Assembly: GCA_965261735.1 (NCBI GenBank) | Contig: OZ253470.1 | Span: 3,872,001-3,936,000, forward strand | DNA from: Alphaproteobacteria bacterium | GTDB lineage: Bacteria > Pseudomonadota > Alphaproteobacteria > SHVV01 | Length of the DNA stretch: 64,000 nucleotides | Direction of reading: 5' to 3' | Part shown: one piece after another, positions 11,118-21,830 of the stretch | How positions within the stretch are numbered: the stretch's first letter is position 1 | Layout of the letters: the number at the start of each line of letters is the position of its first letter | The notes under the pieces: generated by a model | What the model was told of the DNA's origin: nothing | The model's input: only the letters and a program-made list of their open reading frames with translations | The model's database searches: none | Made by a program: the position numbers and the translations under genes

Positions 11118-11807
11118 GTGATCGCCTGGTTCGTCCTCGGTCTCTGCATGCTGGCCGCGGCCGGGCTGCTCGCCCGATGGTTCCTTTCGGCGGACCCTGC
11201 AACCTTGGCCAAGGTCGTGCGGTGGGGCGCCGTTTGCGTGGTTGGCGTCATCGGCGTGTTCCTGGCCCTTCGCCTGCCGATCCTGCTGCCGGCACTGCTC
11301 GTGGCGGCACCGCTCCTGCGCCGGCTGCGCCGGCGCCGCTACGGCGTGCAGGCCGGACCCACGGTCGGGCAGAGCTCACAGGTGGCGACCGACTACCTGG
11401 AGATGACGCTCGATCACGATTCCGGTGTGATCCGTGGCCGCGTGCTCCGCGGCCGTTACGCCGGGCAGGACCTCGACGCTCTTTCCGTGGAGGAGTTGCT
11501 GTTCGTGCTCGGCGAGTGCCGGCGTCACGACCCGCAATCGGTGTCGCTCCTCGAGACCTACCTCGACCGCGCCCACGGCGTCGAATGGCGCGAACACGTC
11601 GACGCCGAGGGCGCCGCCGCCGGAGGCGACCAGCCGATGAGTCGCGAAGAGGCCTACCAGGTGCTGGGGCTCGAGCCCGATGCACCGGCCGAGGACATCA
11701 AGGAGGCGCATCACCGGCTCCTGCTGAAGATCCATCCCGACCAGGGCGGATCGACCTACCTCGCGGCAAAGATCAACCAGGCCAAGGAGTTGCTGCTCGG
11801 CGGCTAG
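11118..11807 (+). CDS. Membrane-anchored J-domain protein (Pam18/Tim14/TimB-like C-terminal J domain)
   Basis: N-terminal TM helices; MSREEAYQVLGL...HPDQGGSTYLAAKINQAKELL. Confidence 0.85.
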   Translation: MIAWFVLGLCMLAAAGLLARWFLSADPATLAKVVRWGAVCVVGVIGVFLALRLPILLPALLVAAPLLRRLRRRRYGVQAGPTVGQSSQVATDYLEMTLDHDSGVIRGRVLRGRYAGQDLDALSVEELLFVLGECRRHDPQSVSLLETYLDRAHGVEWREHVDAEGAAAGGDQPMSREEAYQVLGLEPDAPAEDIKEAHHRLLLKIHPDQGGSTYLAAKINQAKELLLGG

Positions 11808-12955
11808 TGGATTGATCGGAACGAAAGAGTCCGATTTGAGATTCCGTATTGTGCGGTGTCATGCGAGTCTGTGCTATGCGCACCGGCATCCATTTTACTG
11901 TCACGTCTGGCGACCGTCAGCGATTGCAAGCTATCGTCGCGGACCCGAAGAGCTCGCAGAAACATGTCTGGCGGGCGCGGATCATCCTGAAGAGCGACGA
12001 GGGGCTCGGGAACTCGTCGATCATGGCCGAGACCGGCAAGTCCAAGACCTGTGTCTGGCGCTGGCAGGAGCGGTTCATGCACGAGGGTGTCAACGGCTTG
12101 CTTCGCGACAGGTCCCGTCCGCCTGGCAAAGCGCCGATCCCGCCGGAGCGCGTCGCCGAGATCGTCCGCCTGACCCAGCAAGCGCCGCCGCACGAGGCGA
12201 CCCACTGGACGCTGCGCGCGATGGCGAAGGTTGCTGGCGTCGCGGCGTCGACGGTCCAATCGATCTGGAAGGCCCATGGCCTCAGCCCGCACCGCTGGCG
12301 GCACTTCAAGCTCTCCAATGATCCCGCCTTCGCCGAGAAGCTCACAGATATCGTCGGCTTGTATGTCGATCCGCCGGCCCATGCCGTGGTGCTGTCGGTT
12401 GATGAGAAATCACAGATCCAGGCGCTCGACCGCACCCAACCCGGCTTGCCGATGAAGAAGGGCCGCGCCGGTACGATGACCTATGATTACAAACGGCATG
12501 GCACGACGACGCTGTTCGCCGCGCTCAACGTGCTGGACGGTACGGTCATCGCACAGAACATGCAGCGCCACCGCCATCAGGAGTTCATCCGCTTCCTCAA
12601 CCGCATCGAGCGCGAGGTGCCGACGGACAAGGCCGTCCACGTCATCCTCGACAACTACGCCGCGCACAAGAAGGACAAGGTCCGCGCCTGGCTCGCCCGC
12701 CATCCACGCTGGACCTTCCACTTCACGCCAACCTCGTGCTCGTGGCTCAATGCCGTCGAGGGCTTCTTCGCCAAACTAACGCGGCGCAGGCTCAAATACG
12801 GCGTCTTCCAATCCGTCGTCGACCTTCAGGCCGCCATCAACCGATTTGTCCGCGAATACAATGACGCAAACCCAAAACCCTTCATCTGGAAAGCCGACCC
12901 CGATCATATCATCGCCGCACGAAACAGAGGGTTCCAAACGTTGGAATCAATCCAC
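11807..12955 (+). mobile_element. IS630-family insertion sequence
   Basis: Ends GTGGATTGAT.../...ATCAATCCAC; TA duplicated at 11805-6 and 12956-7 within a CTAG target. Confidence 0.92.
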
Positions 12956-12958
12956 TAG
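11876..12958 (+). CDS. IS630-family transposase, apparently intact
   Basis: HTH N-terminus, SVDEKSQIQ, YKRHGT, VILDNY, SWLNAVEGFF (DDE). Confidence 0.95.
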   Translation: MRTGIHFTVTSGDRQRLQAIVADPKSSQKHVWRARIILKSDEGLGNSSIMAETGKSKTCVWRWQERFMHEGVNGLLRDRSRPPGKAPIPPERVAEIVRLTQQAPPHEATHWTLRAMAKVAGVAASTVQSIWKAHGLSPHRWRHFKLSNDPAFAEKLTDIVGLYVDPPAHAVVLSVDEKSQIQALDRTQPGLPMKKGRAGTMTYDYKRHGTTTLFAALNVLDGTVIAQNMQRHRHQEFIRFLNRIEREVPTDKAVHVILDNYAAHKKDKVRAWLARHPRWTFHFTPTSCSWLNAVEGFFAKLTRRRLKYGVFQSVVDLQAAINRFVREYNDANPKPFIWKADPDHIIAARNRGFQTLESIH

Positions 12959-13068
12959 GCGGAGCTTGCCTCGCCCCGGCCCGCCATGGCACAACAACGG
13001 GCACCCGGGCGGGCCGGCTCGGCTATTGCCGGCCAAGCCGGCCCGGTTTCGCCTCTCCAGGGGTCGCC

Positions 13069-13974
13069 ATGCCGTATCTGGTCCGTAAGGCCGTTTTTCC
13101 CGTTGGCGGGCTCGGTACCCGCTTCCTGCCGGCGACCAAGGCGATGCCCAAGGAGATGCTTCCCGTCGTCGACAAGCCGCTGATCCACTACGCCGTCGAC
13201 GAGGCGCGCGCCGCCGGCATAGAGGAGCTGATCTTCGTGACCGGGCGCGGCAAGAGCGCGATCGAGGACCACTTCGATCATTCCTACGAGCTCCAGGACC
13301 AATTGGCGGCGAAGGATCGCGCCGAGGCCCTCGAATCGGTTCGCGAATGGCTGCCACCCGCGGGCCAGGTCGCCTATACCCGGCAGCAGGAACCCCTTGG
13401 CCTCGGGCACGCGGTTTGGTGCGCCCGCCGGCTCGTCGGCGACGAGCCCTTTGCGGTGCTTCTCGCCGACGACCTCGTGCTGGCCGAAACCCCGTGCCTG
13501 AAGCAGATGGTCGACGCCTACGCAGACTTGGGCGGCAATCTCGTGGCGGCCCTGGATGTGCCGCGCGAACACGTGTCGCGCTACGGCATCGTCGATTGCG
13601 GGGATACCGAGGGTCAATGTGCCGAGGTGCGGGGATTGGTCGAGAAGCCGGCCCCGGAGCAGGCTCCGTCCACACTCGCGGTCATCGGCCGCTACATCCT
13701 GCAACCCGAGGTCTTTACCTTTTTGGACCGCATGCAAAGCGGTGCTGGCGGCGAGATCCAGCTCACCGACGCCCTGGCGTGGATGGTCGGCCAGGGTCCG
13801 TTTCATGCTTTTCGTTTCGAGGGTCGGCGATTCGATTGCGGCGACAAGGGCGGTTTCCTTCAAGCGAACATCGCCTACGCGCTGAGCCGAGACGATCTTC
13901 GACCCGATCTCGAGGCCTATCTTCGGGAGGTGCTCGGCGACGACGGTTCCGTCGGCCAGGCCGCCGCCCGCTAG
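13069..13974 (+). CDS. galU: UTP--glucose-1-phosphate uridylyltransferase
   Basis: GGLGTRFLPATKAMPKEMLP, LGLGHAV, VEKP, GEIQLTDA. Confidence 0.95.
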   Translation: MPYLVRKAVFPVGGLGTRFLPATKAMPKEMLPVVDKPLIHYAVDEARAAGIEELIFVTGRGKSAIEDHFDHSYELQDQLAAKDRAEALESVREWLPPAGQVAYTRQQEPLGLGHAVWCARRLVGDEPFAVLLADDLVLAETPCLKQMVDAYADLGGNLVAALDVPREHVSRYGIVDCGDTEGQCAEVRGLVEKPAPEQAPSTLAVIGRYILQPEVFTFLDRMQSGAGGEIQLTDALAWMVGQGPFHAFRFEGRRFDCGDKGGFLQANIAYALSRDDLRPDLEAYLREVLGDDGSVGQAAAR

Positions 13975-14014
13975 GCGTCGATTCACGGTTCACCAGATTT
14001 AGGGAGCGGCCGCG

Positions 14015-15346
14015 ATGAGAATCGCGATGATCGGAACGGGTTATGTCGGGTTGGTGTCGGGCGCCTGCTTCTCGGAGTTCGGCGTCGACGTCATCTGCGT
14101 CGACAGTGACGCCGACAAGATCGAGCGCCTTGTACGCGGCGAGATTCCGATCTTCGAACCTGGCCTCGGTGCCCTGGTCGAAAGCAACGTCAAAGCCGGC
14201 CGGCTCAGCTTTTCCACCGATCTCAAGCAGGCGGTCGCCGCGTCGGACGTGGCGATGATCGCCGTCGGCACGCCGAGCCGGCGCGGTGACGGCCACGCCA
14301 ATCTGTCCTTCGTCTACGGTGTCGCCGAGGAGATTGCCGAGGCACTCGATGGCTACACCGTCGTGGTCGCGAAATCGACCGTGCCCGTCGGCACCGGGCG
14401 TAAGGTCGAGCGACTCATGCGTGCCAAGCGGGCGGACGCCGACTTCGACGTGGCCGCCAACCCCGAGTTCCTGCGCGAGGGCTCGGCGATCAACGACTTC
14501 ATGCGGCCCGATCGTGTCGTGGTCGGCGTCGAGTCGGAGCGCGCCCAAGGCGTCTTGCGGGCGATCTATCGGCCGTTGTTCCTCAATGAAACGCCGGTCC
14601 TTTTCACCAGCCTCGAGACCGCGGAGCTCGTCAAGTACGCGGCCAACGCTTTCCTGGCGGCCAAGGTCACCTTCATCAACGAGATGTCCGATCTATGCGA
14701 GAAGGTCGGCGCCGACGTCCAGGTCGTGGCGCGCGGCATGGGGCTCGATGGCCGCATCGGCGCCAAGTTCCTCCACCCCGGCCCCGGCTTTGGCGGCAGC
14801 TGCTTCCCCAAGGACACGCTCGCGCTGGTGCGTATCGCGCAATCGAGCGGCGCGCCGAGCCGCATCATCGAGGCCGTGGTCGACGTCAACGAGGCACGAA
14901 AGAAGGCGATGGCGGAGCGCATCATCGCCGCGAGCGGGGGCTCGGTCGCCGGCAAGACGGTCGCCGTGCTCGGCCTGACGTTCAAGCCCAACACCGACGA
15001 CATGCGAGCCTCACCGAGCCTCGAGATCATACCGGCGCTCACCAGGGCGGGGGCCACGGTGCGCGTGTTCGATCCCGAGGGCATGGACGAGGCCCGGCGC
15101 TGGCTTGATGGCGTCGTCTGGTGCGAGGGGGCGTATGAAGCCGCCCACGGCGCGGATGCCCTCGCCATCGTGACGGAGTGGAACGAGTTTCGCGCCCTCG
15201 ACCTCGAGCGCCTGAGGAGCGACATGGCGCGGCCGCTGGTGGTCGACCTGCGCAATGTCTATGACCCGCGGGAAATGGCGGCCGCGGGGATCGAGTACGT
15301 CTCGCTCGGCCGCCCCGCGGCGGGCGTGGACCCCGGGCAGGCCTAG
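14015..15346 (+). CDS. ugd: UDP-glucose 6-dehydrogenase
   Basis: [38 protein letters not shown]. Confidence 0.95.
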   Translation: MRIAMIGTGYVGLVSGACFSEFGVDVICVDSDADKIERLVRGEIPIFEPGLGALVESNVKAGRLSFSTDLKQAVAASDVAMIAVGTPSRRGDGHANLSFVYGVAEEIAEALDGYTVVVAKSTVPVGTGRKVERLMRAKRADADFDVAANPEFLREGSAINDFMRPDRVVVGVESERAQGVLRAIYRPLFLNETPVLFTSLETAELVKYAANAFLAAKVTFINEMSDLCEKVGADVQVVARGMGLDGRIGAKFLHPGPGFGGSCFPKDTLALVRIAQSSGAPSRIIEAVVDVNEARKKAMAERIIAASGGSVAGKTVAVLGLTFKPNTDDMRASPSLEIIPALTRAGATVRVFDPEGMDEARRWLDGVVWCEGAYEAAHGADALAIVTEWNEFRALDLERLRSDMARPLVVDLRNVYDPREMAAAGIEYVSLGRPAAGVDPGQA

Positions 15347-15350
15347 GGGC

Positions 15351-16730
15351 ATGGCGCCGGGACATCGATTTCACCACACGATCCTGCGTGAATACGATAT
15401 CCGCGGCATCGTCGGCGAAACGTTGACCGAAGACGACGCGCGCGCCGTGGGCGCCGCCTTCGCGACGATAATCGCGCGCGGCGGCGGCCGGCGCATCTGC
15501 CTCGGCTACGACGGGAGGCTCCGCTCGCCGGTACTGGAAGCGGCGGCGGCCGAGGGTCTCGCGTCGGCAGGCATAGCGGTGGTGCGTGTCGGTCTCGGGC
15601 CGACGCCCATGCTCTATTTCGCGGTCCACACGCTGGGCGCCGACGGCGGCCTGATGGTCACGGGCTCCCACAACCCGCCCACACACAACGGCTTCAAGAT
15701 GATGCGCGGCAAGGCGGCGTTCTTCGGCCGTGACATAGCGGAGCTCGGCAGCCTCGCGGCAAAGGGGGACTACGGCGTCGGCCGTGGCAGCGTCGAAGAG
15801 GTCGCCGTGCTCGACGACTATGTCGCGCGGCTCAGAGCGGATTGCGCCGAGCTCGATTCGTTGGCTATCGGTTGGGATTCCGGCAACGGCGCTACCGGGC
15901 AAGCGGTGACCCGCCTCACCGCCGCGCTTGGCGGGCGCCATGTGCTCCTCAACGCGGAAATCGATGGCCTGTTCCCCGCCCACCATCCCGATCCGACGGT
16001 GCCGGATAACCTCGTTCAGCTTCAGGACATGGTCGCACGGGAGAAGCTGGATCTCGGCTTCGCCTTCGATGGCGACGGCGACCGCATCGGCGTGATCGAC
16101 GGGCTCGGGCGCATTCTCTGGGGCGACCAGCTCTTGGCCCTGCTGGCGCGTGACGTCCTCGGCCGCAACCCGGGCGCCACCATCATCGCCGACGTCAAGG
16201 CGAGCCAGGTCCTGTTCGACGAGATCGCACGCCTCGGCGGGGCACCCCTGATGTGGCACTCGGGCCACTCGTTGATCAAGAGCAAGATGGCCGAGGTCGG
16301 CGCGCCGCTGGCGGGTGAGATGAGTGGACACATCTTTTTCGCCGATGGCTATTACGGGTTCGACGACGCGCTCTATGCCGCCATCCGACTGATCAATGTC
16401 TTGGTCGGGTCGGGCTCGAGCCTTGCCGACCTGCACGATCAGCTCCCGGTCCTCGTCAACACGCCGGAGCTGCGGTTCCCGTGCTCCGAGGAGCGCAAGT
16501 TCGAGGTCGTCGCCGAGGTCGAGGGGCGATTGCGCGCGGCCGGCGCGGATCTCGTCGATATCGACGGTGTCCGTGTGACGACGCCGGACGGATGGTGGCT
16601 GTTGCGCGCCTCGAACACGCAGGCGGTTCTGGTGGCGCGCTGCGAAGGCCCCAACGAGGCGGCGTTGGCGCGCCTCAAGGAGAGCCTCGTCGGCGAACTC
16701 GCGGCGAGCGGTATCGATTCGCCGGTATAG
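15351..16730 (+). CDS. Phosphomannomutase/phosphoglucomutase (AlgC/PgmG-like)
   Basis: REYDIRG, TGSHNP, FDGDGDR, GEMSGH, RASNT. Confidence 0.92.
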   Translation: MAPGHRFHHTILREYDIRGIVGETLTEDDARAVGAAFATIIARGGGRRICLGYDGRLRSPVLEAAAAEGLASAGIAVVRVGLGPTPMLYFAVHTLGADGGLMVTGSHNPPTHNGFKMMRGKAAFFGRDIAELGSLAAKGDYGVGRGSVEEVAVLDDYVARLRADCAELDSLAIGWDSGNGATGQAVTRLTAALGGRHVLLNAEIDGLFPAHHPDPTVPDNLVQLQDMVAREKLDLGFAFDGDGDRIGVIDGLGRILWGDQLLALLARDVLGRNPGATIIADVKASQVLFDEIARLGGAPLMWHSGHSLIKSKMAEVGAPLAGEMSGHIFFADGYYGFDDALYAAIRLINVLVGSGSSLADLHDQLPVLVNTPELRFPCSEERKFEVVAEVEGRLRAAGADLVDIDGVRVTTPDGWWLLRASNTQAVLVARCEGPNEAALARLKESLVGELAASGIDSPV

Positions 16731-16757
16731 CCGGGGCCCATCGCCGCGGGCCGGCCC

Positions 16758-17663
16758 ATGAGATTCACCCCCAGCGGCGAGGTCGGCCGCGCGCTCGCAA
16801 CCGGCGCGCCCGTCGTGGCGCTCGAATCCTCTCTCATCGCTCACGGCTTCCCCGCGCTCGACAACCTGGCTGTCGGACGCGCTCTCGAGGCCGCAGTACG
16901 TGACGAGGGTGCCGTTCCGGCCACGATCGGGGTTATTGGGGGTGAGGTCCGGGTCGGCGTCACGGGCGAGGAGATGGCGCGGCTCGCCAGCGGCGGTGCG
17001 GCCAAGTGCGCGACCCGTGACCTCGCGCCTCTGTGTGCCGCCGGCGCCGATGGCGGTACCACCGTCGCCGCCACGGTCCGTATCGCCGCCGCCGCCGGTA
17101 TCGCCATCCTGGCGACGGGGGGAATCGGCGGTGTGCACCGCGGCTGGGCGAGATCCCACGACGTCTCGGCCGATGTCGTCGAGCTCGGCCGCCGCGGCGT
17201 CGCCGTGGTGTGTGCGGGGGCCAAGGCGCTGCTCGACTTGCCGGCGACGCTGGAGGCGCTCGAGACAGAGGGCGTCGCCGTTGTCGGATTCGGTTGCAGC
17301 GAATTCCCGGCCTTCTACAGCGCTGATAGCGGCCTCGCGCTCGCCCATGCCGTCGACGACGTGGACGGGCTTAAGCATCTTCTCTCGGCGCAGCGCGCGC
17401 TGTCCCTGACGAGTGGAGTGGTAATCTGCCAGCCGCCGCCGGCCGCGGCCGCGCTACCGGGGCGCGAGGTTGAAACCCTGGTCGAGGAGGCTCTCGCCGA
17501 GGCGGCGGCGCGAGGGGTGGGCGGCGGCGCCCTCACCCCCTACGTGTTGGCGGCGCTCGATCGCCTTTCGGGCGGGCGAACCGGGCTCTGCAACCGCGCG
17601 CTCCTCGAGGCCAACGCGCGCCTCGCCGCCCGCGTGGCCGTGGCCCTCGCGGTCAGTCCTTGA
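16758..17663 (+). CDS. psuG: Pseudouridine-5'-phosphate glycosidase
   Basis: ALESSLIAHG, TTVAAT, TGGIGGVHRG, DVSAD, GAKALLD. Confidence 0.9.
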   Translation: MRFTPSGEVGRALATGAPVVALESSLIAHGFPALDNLAVGRALEAAVRDEGAVPATIGVIGGEVRVGVTGEEMARLASGGAAKCATRDLAPLCAAGADGGTTVAATVRIAAAAGIAILATGGIGGVHRGWARSHDVSADVVELGRRGVAVVCAGAKALLDLPATLEALETEGVAVVGFGCSEFPAFYSADSGLALAHAVDDVDGLKHLLSAQRALSLTSGVVICQPPPAAAALPGREVETLVEEALAEAAARGVGGGALTPYVLAALDRLSGGRTGLCNRALLEANARLAARVAVALAVSP

Positions 17664-18498
17664 ACTCCCGTCGCCACCTAAACCAGCGCCGTTCGAGGAT
17701 TTCGAGTATGCCGTCCATCAGCGACAGCACGACGATCAGGACGAAGGTCCACACGATCAGTCCGGCCGTATCGAACAGCTGATTGGTGAGCATCATCTCG
17801 GCTCCGATGCCGGTGCCCGCGGCCAACGCCTCGGCGAACACGGCTATGCGGCCGGCAAAGCTGAGGCTGAGGCGCAGCGACGAGAAGATGAACGGCGTCG
17901 CCGCCGGCACGACGAGCAGTCTCAGCATGCCCCAGGGCGTTGGCCGCAACGCCTTGGTCATCTGATAGAGCTCGAAGGAGACCGCGCGGACCCCGTCGTA
18001 GGTATTCAGGGCCGTGATCGGGAAGGTGATGATGAACATGAAGAACCAAACGCGCAGCTCCATGTTGCGGAACCACAGCACGCCGAGGAGAACCCACGTC
18101 AGGGCCGGCACGCCCATGATCAGGCGAATGAACGGGCGCGCGAAGAACTGCACCGTGTTGGACATCGCCATCACCACGCCGACCGCGATCCCGAAGACCG
18201 CGGACACGGCGAAGCCCCCGAGAATCCGAATCAGGGTCTGCGTGATCGCGAGGTAGGTGCCCTCGAGGAGCATGACCTCCTGGAAGCGCTCGATCGCGAT
18301 GGGAATGGTGGGGAAGATGTAGGTCGGCAGGTAGGCGCCGCCGAACTGCCAGAACAGCAGGATGGCAATGATCGCGACGACGGTTCCGAACGACTCCCCC
18401 TTGAGGCCGAGCGCCCGGTACCAGGGGCGCCGCGCAGGCGCGAGCAGCTCGTCCGCAGTCTGACCGACTGCGGCGGTTTTGGTGATTTCAACGCTCAT
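17653..18498 (-). CDS. ABC transporter permease, NitT/TauT family
   Basis: Multiple TM helices, VPAATPFIFSSLR, AEALAAGTGIG. Confidence 0.9.
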   Translation of the reverse strand: MSVEITKTAAVGQTADELLAPARRPWYRALGLKGESFGTVVAIIAILLFWQFGGAYLPTYIFPTIPIAIERFQEVMLLEGTYLAITQTLIRILGGFAVSAVFGIAVGVVMAMSNTVQFFARPFIRLIMGVPALTWVLLGVLWFRNMELRVWFFMFIITFPITALNTYDGVRAVSFELYQMTKALRPTPWGMLRLLVVPAATPFIFSSLRLSLSFAGRIAVFAEALAAGTGIGAEMMLTNQLFDTAGLIVWTFVLIVVLSLMDGILEILERRWFRWRREFKD

Positions 18499-18525
18499 CG
18501 CGTGGCTCCGTTGTGATCCGCCGCC

Positions 18526-19299
18526 TCACTCGGTCGATTCGATGTCGATGTTGCGGAAGATTTCGTCGCGGATGTGCTCCCTCTGGACCATCCAGTCGTC
18601 CTGCGCCCGTATCTTTGTGAGCTCGTGCGTGGACAGCACCCGTGCCGGCTTTCCCAGTACGAGTATTCGGGTGCCCATCTCCAGGGCCTCTGTGATGTTG
18701 TGGGTGACGACGATGGCGGCGGTCCCGATCTCCGCGATCAACGACATGCAGTCGCGGCGCAGATTGTGTGCCGTGACCTCGTCGAGGTGCCCGAACGCCT
18801 CGTCGAGCAGGATCACGGCCGGATCCATGACGAAGGCGCGTGCGATCGCCACCCTCTGGCGCATGCCGCCTGACAGCTGGTGGGGGTAAGCCTCCTCCCA
18901 CCCGTCGAGGCCGACCTTCTTGAGCCAAACGCCGGCGCTGGCGTGGCGCTCGGCCTTATTCAAACCGCCGACCTCGAGGCCGATCGCCGCGTTGTCGATG
19001 ACGTTGCGCCACGGCAGCAGCCGGTCGGTCTGGAAGACCGCGGCAAGCTTGTTGCGCATTTGCATGAAGTCGTCCGAAGGCGACAGACCGTCGATCCGGA
19101 TCGTGCCCCGGGTCGGTGGATCGATCCCGAGCAGCATGTTGACGAGCGTCGATTTGCCACAGCCCGTCTTGCCGCAGATGCACACGACCTCGCCCTTGGC
19201 AACGGCGAACGAGACGTCGCGCACGGCGACGAACCGCTCGCCGTCAAGGCCCGAGTCGAAAACCTTAGCGACCGAATCGACCTCTACGACCGTGGTCAT
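18526..19299 (-). CDS. ABC transporter ATP-binding protein, NitT/TauT family
   Basis: GKTGCGKST, LLPWRNV, LSGGMRQR, LLDEAF. Confidence 0.92.
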   Translation of the reverse strand: MTTVVEVDSVAKVFDSGLDGERFVAVRDVSFAVAKGEVVCICGKTGCGKSTLVNMLLGIDPPTRGTIRIDGLSPSDDFMQMRNKLAAVFQTDRLLPWRNVIDNAAIGLEVGGLNKAERHASAGVWLKKVGLDGWEEAYPHQLSGGMRQRVAIARAFVMDPAVILLDEAFGHLDEVTAHNLRRDCMSLIAEIGTAAIVVTHNITEALEMGTRILVLGKPARVLSTHELTKIRAQDDWMVQREHIRDEIFRNIDIESTE

Positions 19300-19412
19300 G
19301 TCCCTCACTCCGTCGGCGGCCCATGCCGCTACCGCGGTCGGCGAGGAGAGCGGCCTACGATGATCGAGACCGTTCTCCCGCCGGTCGCGTGCCGGCGAAC
19401 CCGGAGCCCGGC

Positions 19413-20471
19413 CTACTCGATATGGAAGATACCGTCGTCCGGGATCTCTTTGATGAAGCCGATCTCCTTGTAGAGCTCGAACTCCTTCTTGAGTTGGGCC
19501 TTTATGTCCTGCACCGGGATGCCGTACCAGCGCATCTTGCGGCCGCGAAAACCGTCGCGGTATATGGCGTTGAAGACGGTCTCCTCGACGTTGGCGCCGC
19601 CCGACCCCTTACCGCCGGTGATCTTGGTCTTGGGCGCGAGGATAGCCTGCGCCCCATCGGGGTCGTTGTCGATGATGCTCTGGACGTCACGCATGGTGTC
19701 GAGCACGGCTTTGGCCTTGCCCGGGTTTTCCTTGAGCCAGTCGACGTGCACGGCGAAGACCAGGAGCATGTGGTCGACGCCCAGCATCCTGGCCACTTCC
19801 TTGTCGGGCCAGAATACCGGCTTGAACTCCCCCGGCGCCTCTTTCTCGAGCTTGGCCGAGTGCTCGGGCGTGGTCAGGACGGCGTCGAAGTCACCCCGCT
19901 CGAGCAGCTGGACCGCCTGGATGATATTGATGTTCTCGAGCTTCACGTCCTTTTCGGGCTCCAGGCCCGCGTTCTTCAACGCCGCGACCACATAGGCGTA
20001 GATGTAGGACCCTTTCGGTGTCCCGAGCGTCTTGCCCTTGAGGTCCTGGATCGTGTTGATGCCGCTGTCGGCGCGGGTCATGACCGGATAAGGAAACTCG
20101 AGCACGCCGCCGATGATGCGAATGGGTGTGCCCTTGTTGTAGTTGGCGGCGAGATAGTTCACGCCTGAGACGTGTAGGCCGTTGTAAACGTTGGTGTAGA
20201 AGTCGTTGAGGTAGGCGGCCGCCGTGGTCCGGATGTTCCAGTCGTGCTTCGAGCCGTACTTCTCGTCGAGCTTCTTGGCATGGATGATCGGGACCGGATG
20301 CGCGCTCATCGATGGCCCAGGAAAGCTCACCGTGCCGAGCATGGTGTCGGCGCTCGCGCCTGGCGCAACCAATGCCAGCGCGGCGAGCGCGCCAAAAGCG
20401 CCCAGCGCAAGATGACGCAGACTACGTTGCGACGGTTTTCCCTGCCGACTCCTCGTCAAGGAATGATTCAC
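19413..20471 (-). CDS. ABC substrate-binding protein, SsuA/THI5-like (paralog 1)
   Basis: GTG start after GGGAGG; signal peptide; ADSGINTIQDLKGKTLG. Confidence 0.85.
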   Translation of the reverse strand: MNHSLTRSRQGKPSQRSLRHLALGAFGALAALALVAPGASADTMLGTVSFPGPSMSAHPVPIIHAKKLDEKYGSKHDWNIRTTAAAYLNDFYTNVYNGLHVSGVNYLAANYNKGTPIRIIGGVLEFPYPVMTRADSGINTIQDLKGKTLGTPKGSYIYAYVVAALKNAGLEPEKDVKLENINIIQAVQLLERGDFDAVLTTPEHSAKLEKEAPGEFKPVFWPDKEVARMLGVDHMLLVFAVHVDWLKENPGKAKAVLDTMRDVQSIIDNDPDGAQAILAPKTKITGGKGSGGANVEETVFNAIYRDGFRGRKMRWYGIPVQDIKAQLKKEFELYKEIGFIKEIPDDGIFHIE

Positions 20472-20665
20472 AAAACCTCCCGTTTTGCTTTGTGGCTTCA
20501 CATATGACGCGGCCACGGCGACGCATCTACGGCGCCGCGCGTGGCGGCGGCGATTCATGCACGCGTCGCCATCGCCGTCAATCCTGCCGACTCAACCGGA
20601 ACGCCCCGAGACGGGCCGCGGGGGAGCGGAGACGCCGCAACCGTACGGCGCCTCCGCGACCGAGG

Positions 20666-21703
20666 CTAGTTGAGGTGGAAGATGCCCTCGTCGGGGACCT
20701 TCTCGATGATCCCGAGGTCCTTGTAGATTTGGAACTCGGCCATGAATATGTCCTTGAGGTCCTTGGCCGGCACGGCAAACCAGCGCATCGTGCGTCCGGC
20801 GAAGCCATCCTTGTACATCGAGCGCACGACGTGCTCCTTGAGGCTGGCCCCGCCCGAGCCTTGGGCGCCCGTGATCTTGGTCTTGGGACCGAGGATCTTG
20901 ATGGCTTCCTCGATGTCGTTGTCGAGCAGGGCCTGAGCCTCCCTAACGGACTGCAGCACGCCCTTCACGACCTGCGGGTTTTTATCGATGAAATCGGCGC
21001 GCATGGCGGTCGCCTGATACATGCGGCCACGGCCGAGGATTTTGGCCACCTCGTCGTCGGGGAAGAACAGCACCCGGAACTTGCCGGGAGCCTTGCTGAA
21101 GAGGTCGATCGTCTGTCCGGTCAGCACTGTGGCGGCATCGTAGTCGCCGCGCTCGAGCAAGTTGATGGCCTGGATGATGTTGAGGTTGATGACCTTGACG
21201 TCCTTGTCGATATCCAGCCCATGGTGCTTGAGCACCAGCGTCAGGTAGGCCCAGATATACGAGACCTTGGGGAAGCCGACGGTCTTGCCGCGGAGGTCCG
21301 AGATCTTGTTGATGCCGCTGTCGGCCCGCACCACCACGGGCCATGGGTAGGCCGCGCTGCCGCTGACGATACGGATCGGCACGCCCTTGTTGTACTGTTT
21401 CGCCATGACGTCGAGGCCCGAGAACAGGATGCCGTTGTAGACGCCGGTGAAGAGGTCGTTATAGAACGCGGCGCCCGTGGTGCGGATCTGCCAGTCCAGC
21501 GAGTACCCGTTCTTTTTGTCGTAGCCCTTGGCGAGAATGATCGCGAGGGGGTGCGCACTGACAGAGGGTCCGGGAAAGCTCCCCGAACTGTAGGAAGTCT
21601 GGGCTTGGGCGACCGACGCCCCGAGGACCGCCGCGACGAGCGCGCCAATCCCGCCGAGCACCGCCGAACGCAGCCTCGGCGCACGTCCCGTTCTGTTAAA
21701 CAT
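20666..21703 (-). CDS. ABC substrate-binding protein, SsuA/THI5-like (paralog 2)
   Basis: Signal peptide; ADSGINKISDLRGKTVG; shares SFPGPS.SAHP and PKTKITG..GSGGA with the neighbour. Confidence 0.85.
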   Translation of the reverse strand: MFNRTGRAPRLRSAVLGGIGALVAAVLGASVAQAQTSYSSGSFPGPSVSAHPLAIILAKGYDKKNGYSLDWQIRTTGAAFYNDLFTGVYNGILFSGLDVMAKQYNKGVPIRIVSGSAAYPWPVVVRADSGINKISDLRGKTVGFPKVSYIWAYLTLVLKHHGLDIDKDVKVINLNIIQAINLLERGDYDAATVLTGQTIDLFSKAPGKFRVLFFPDDEVAKILGRGRMYQATAMRADFIDKNPQVVKGVLQSVREAQALLDNDIEEAIKILGPKTKITGAQGSGGASLKEHVVRSMYKDGFAGRTMRWFAVPAKDLKDIFMAEFQIYKDLGIIEKVPDEGIFHLN

Positions 21704-21830
21704 AGGTACCCTCCCTATCCCGTGAAGTATGACGCGTGGCATCATGCTACAGTGACACTGCGATGCGCAACCGTGCGGCGGACCGTGCCAGCGCACCTAG
21801 GATCGATCGCGGGACCGCTCCAGCGCCCCC

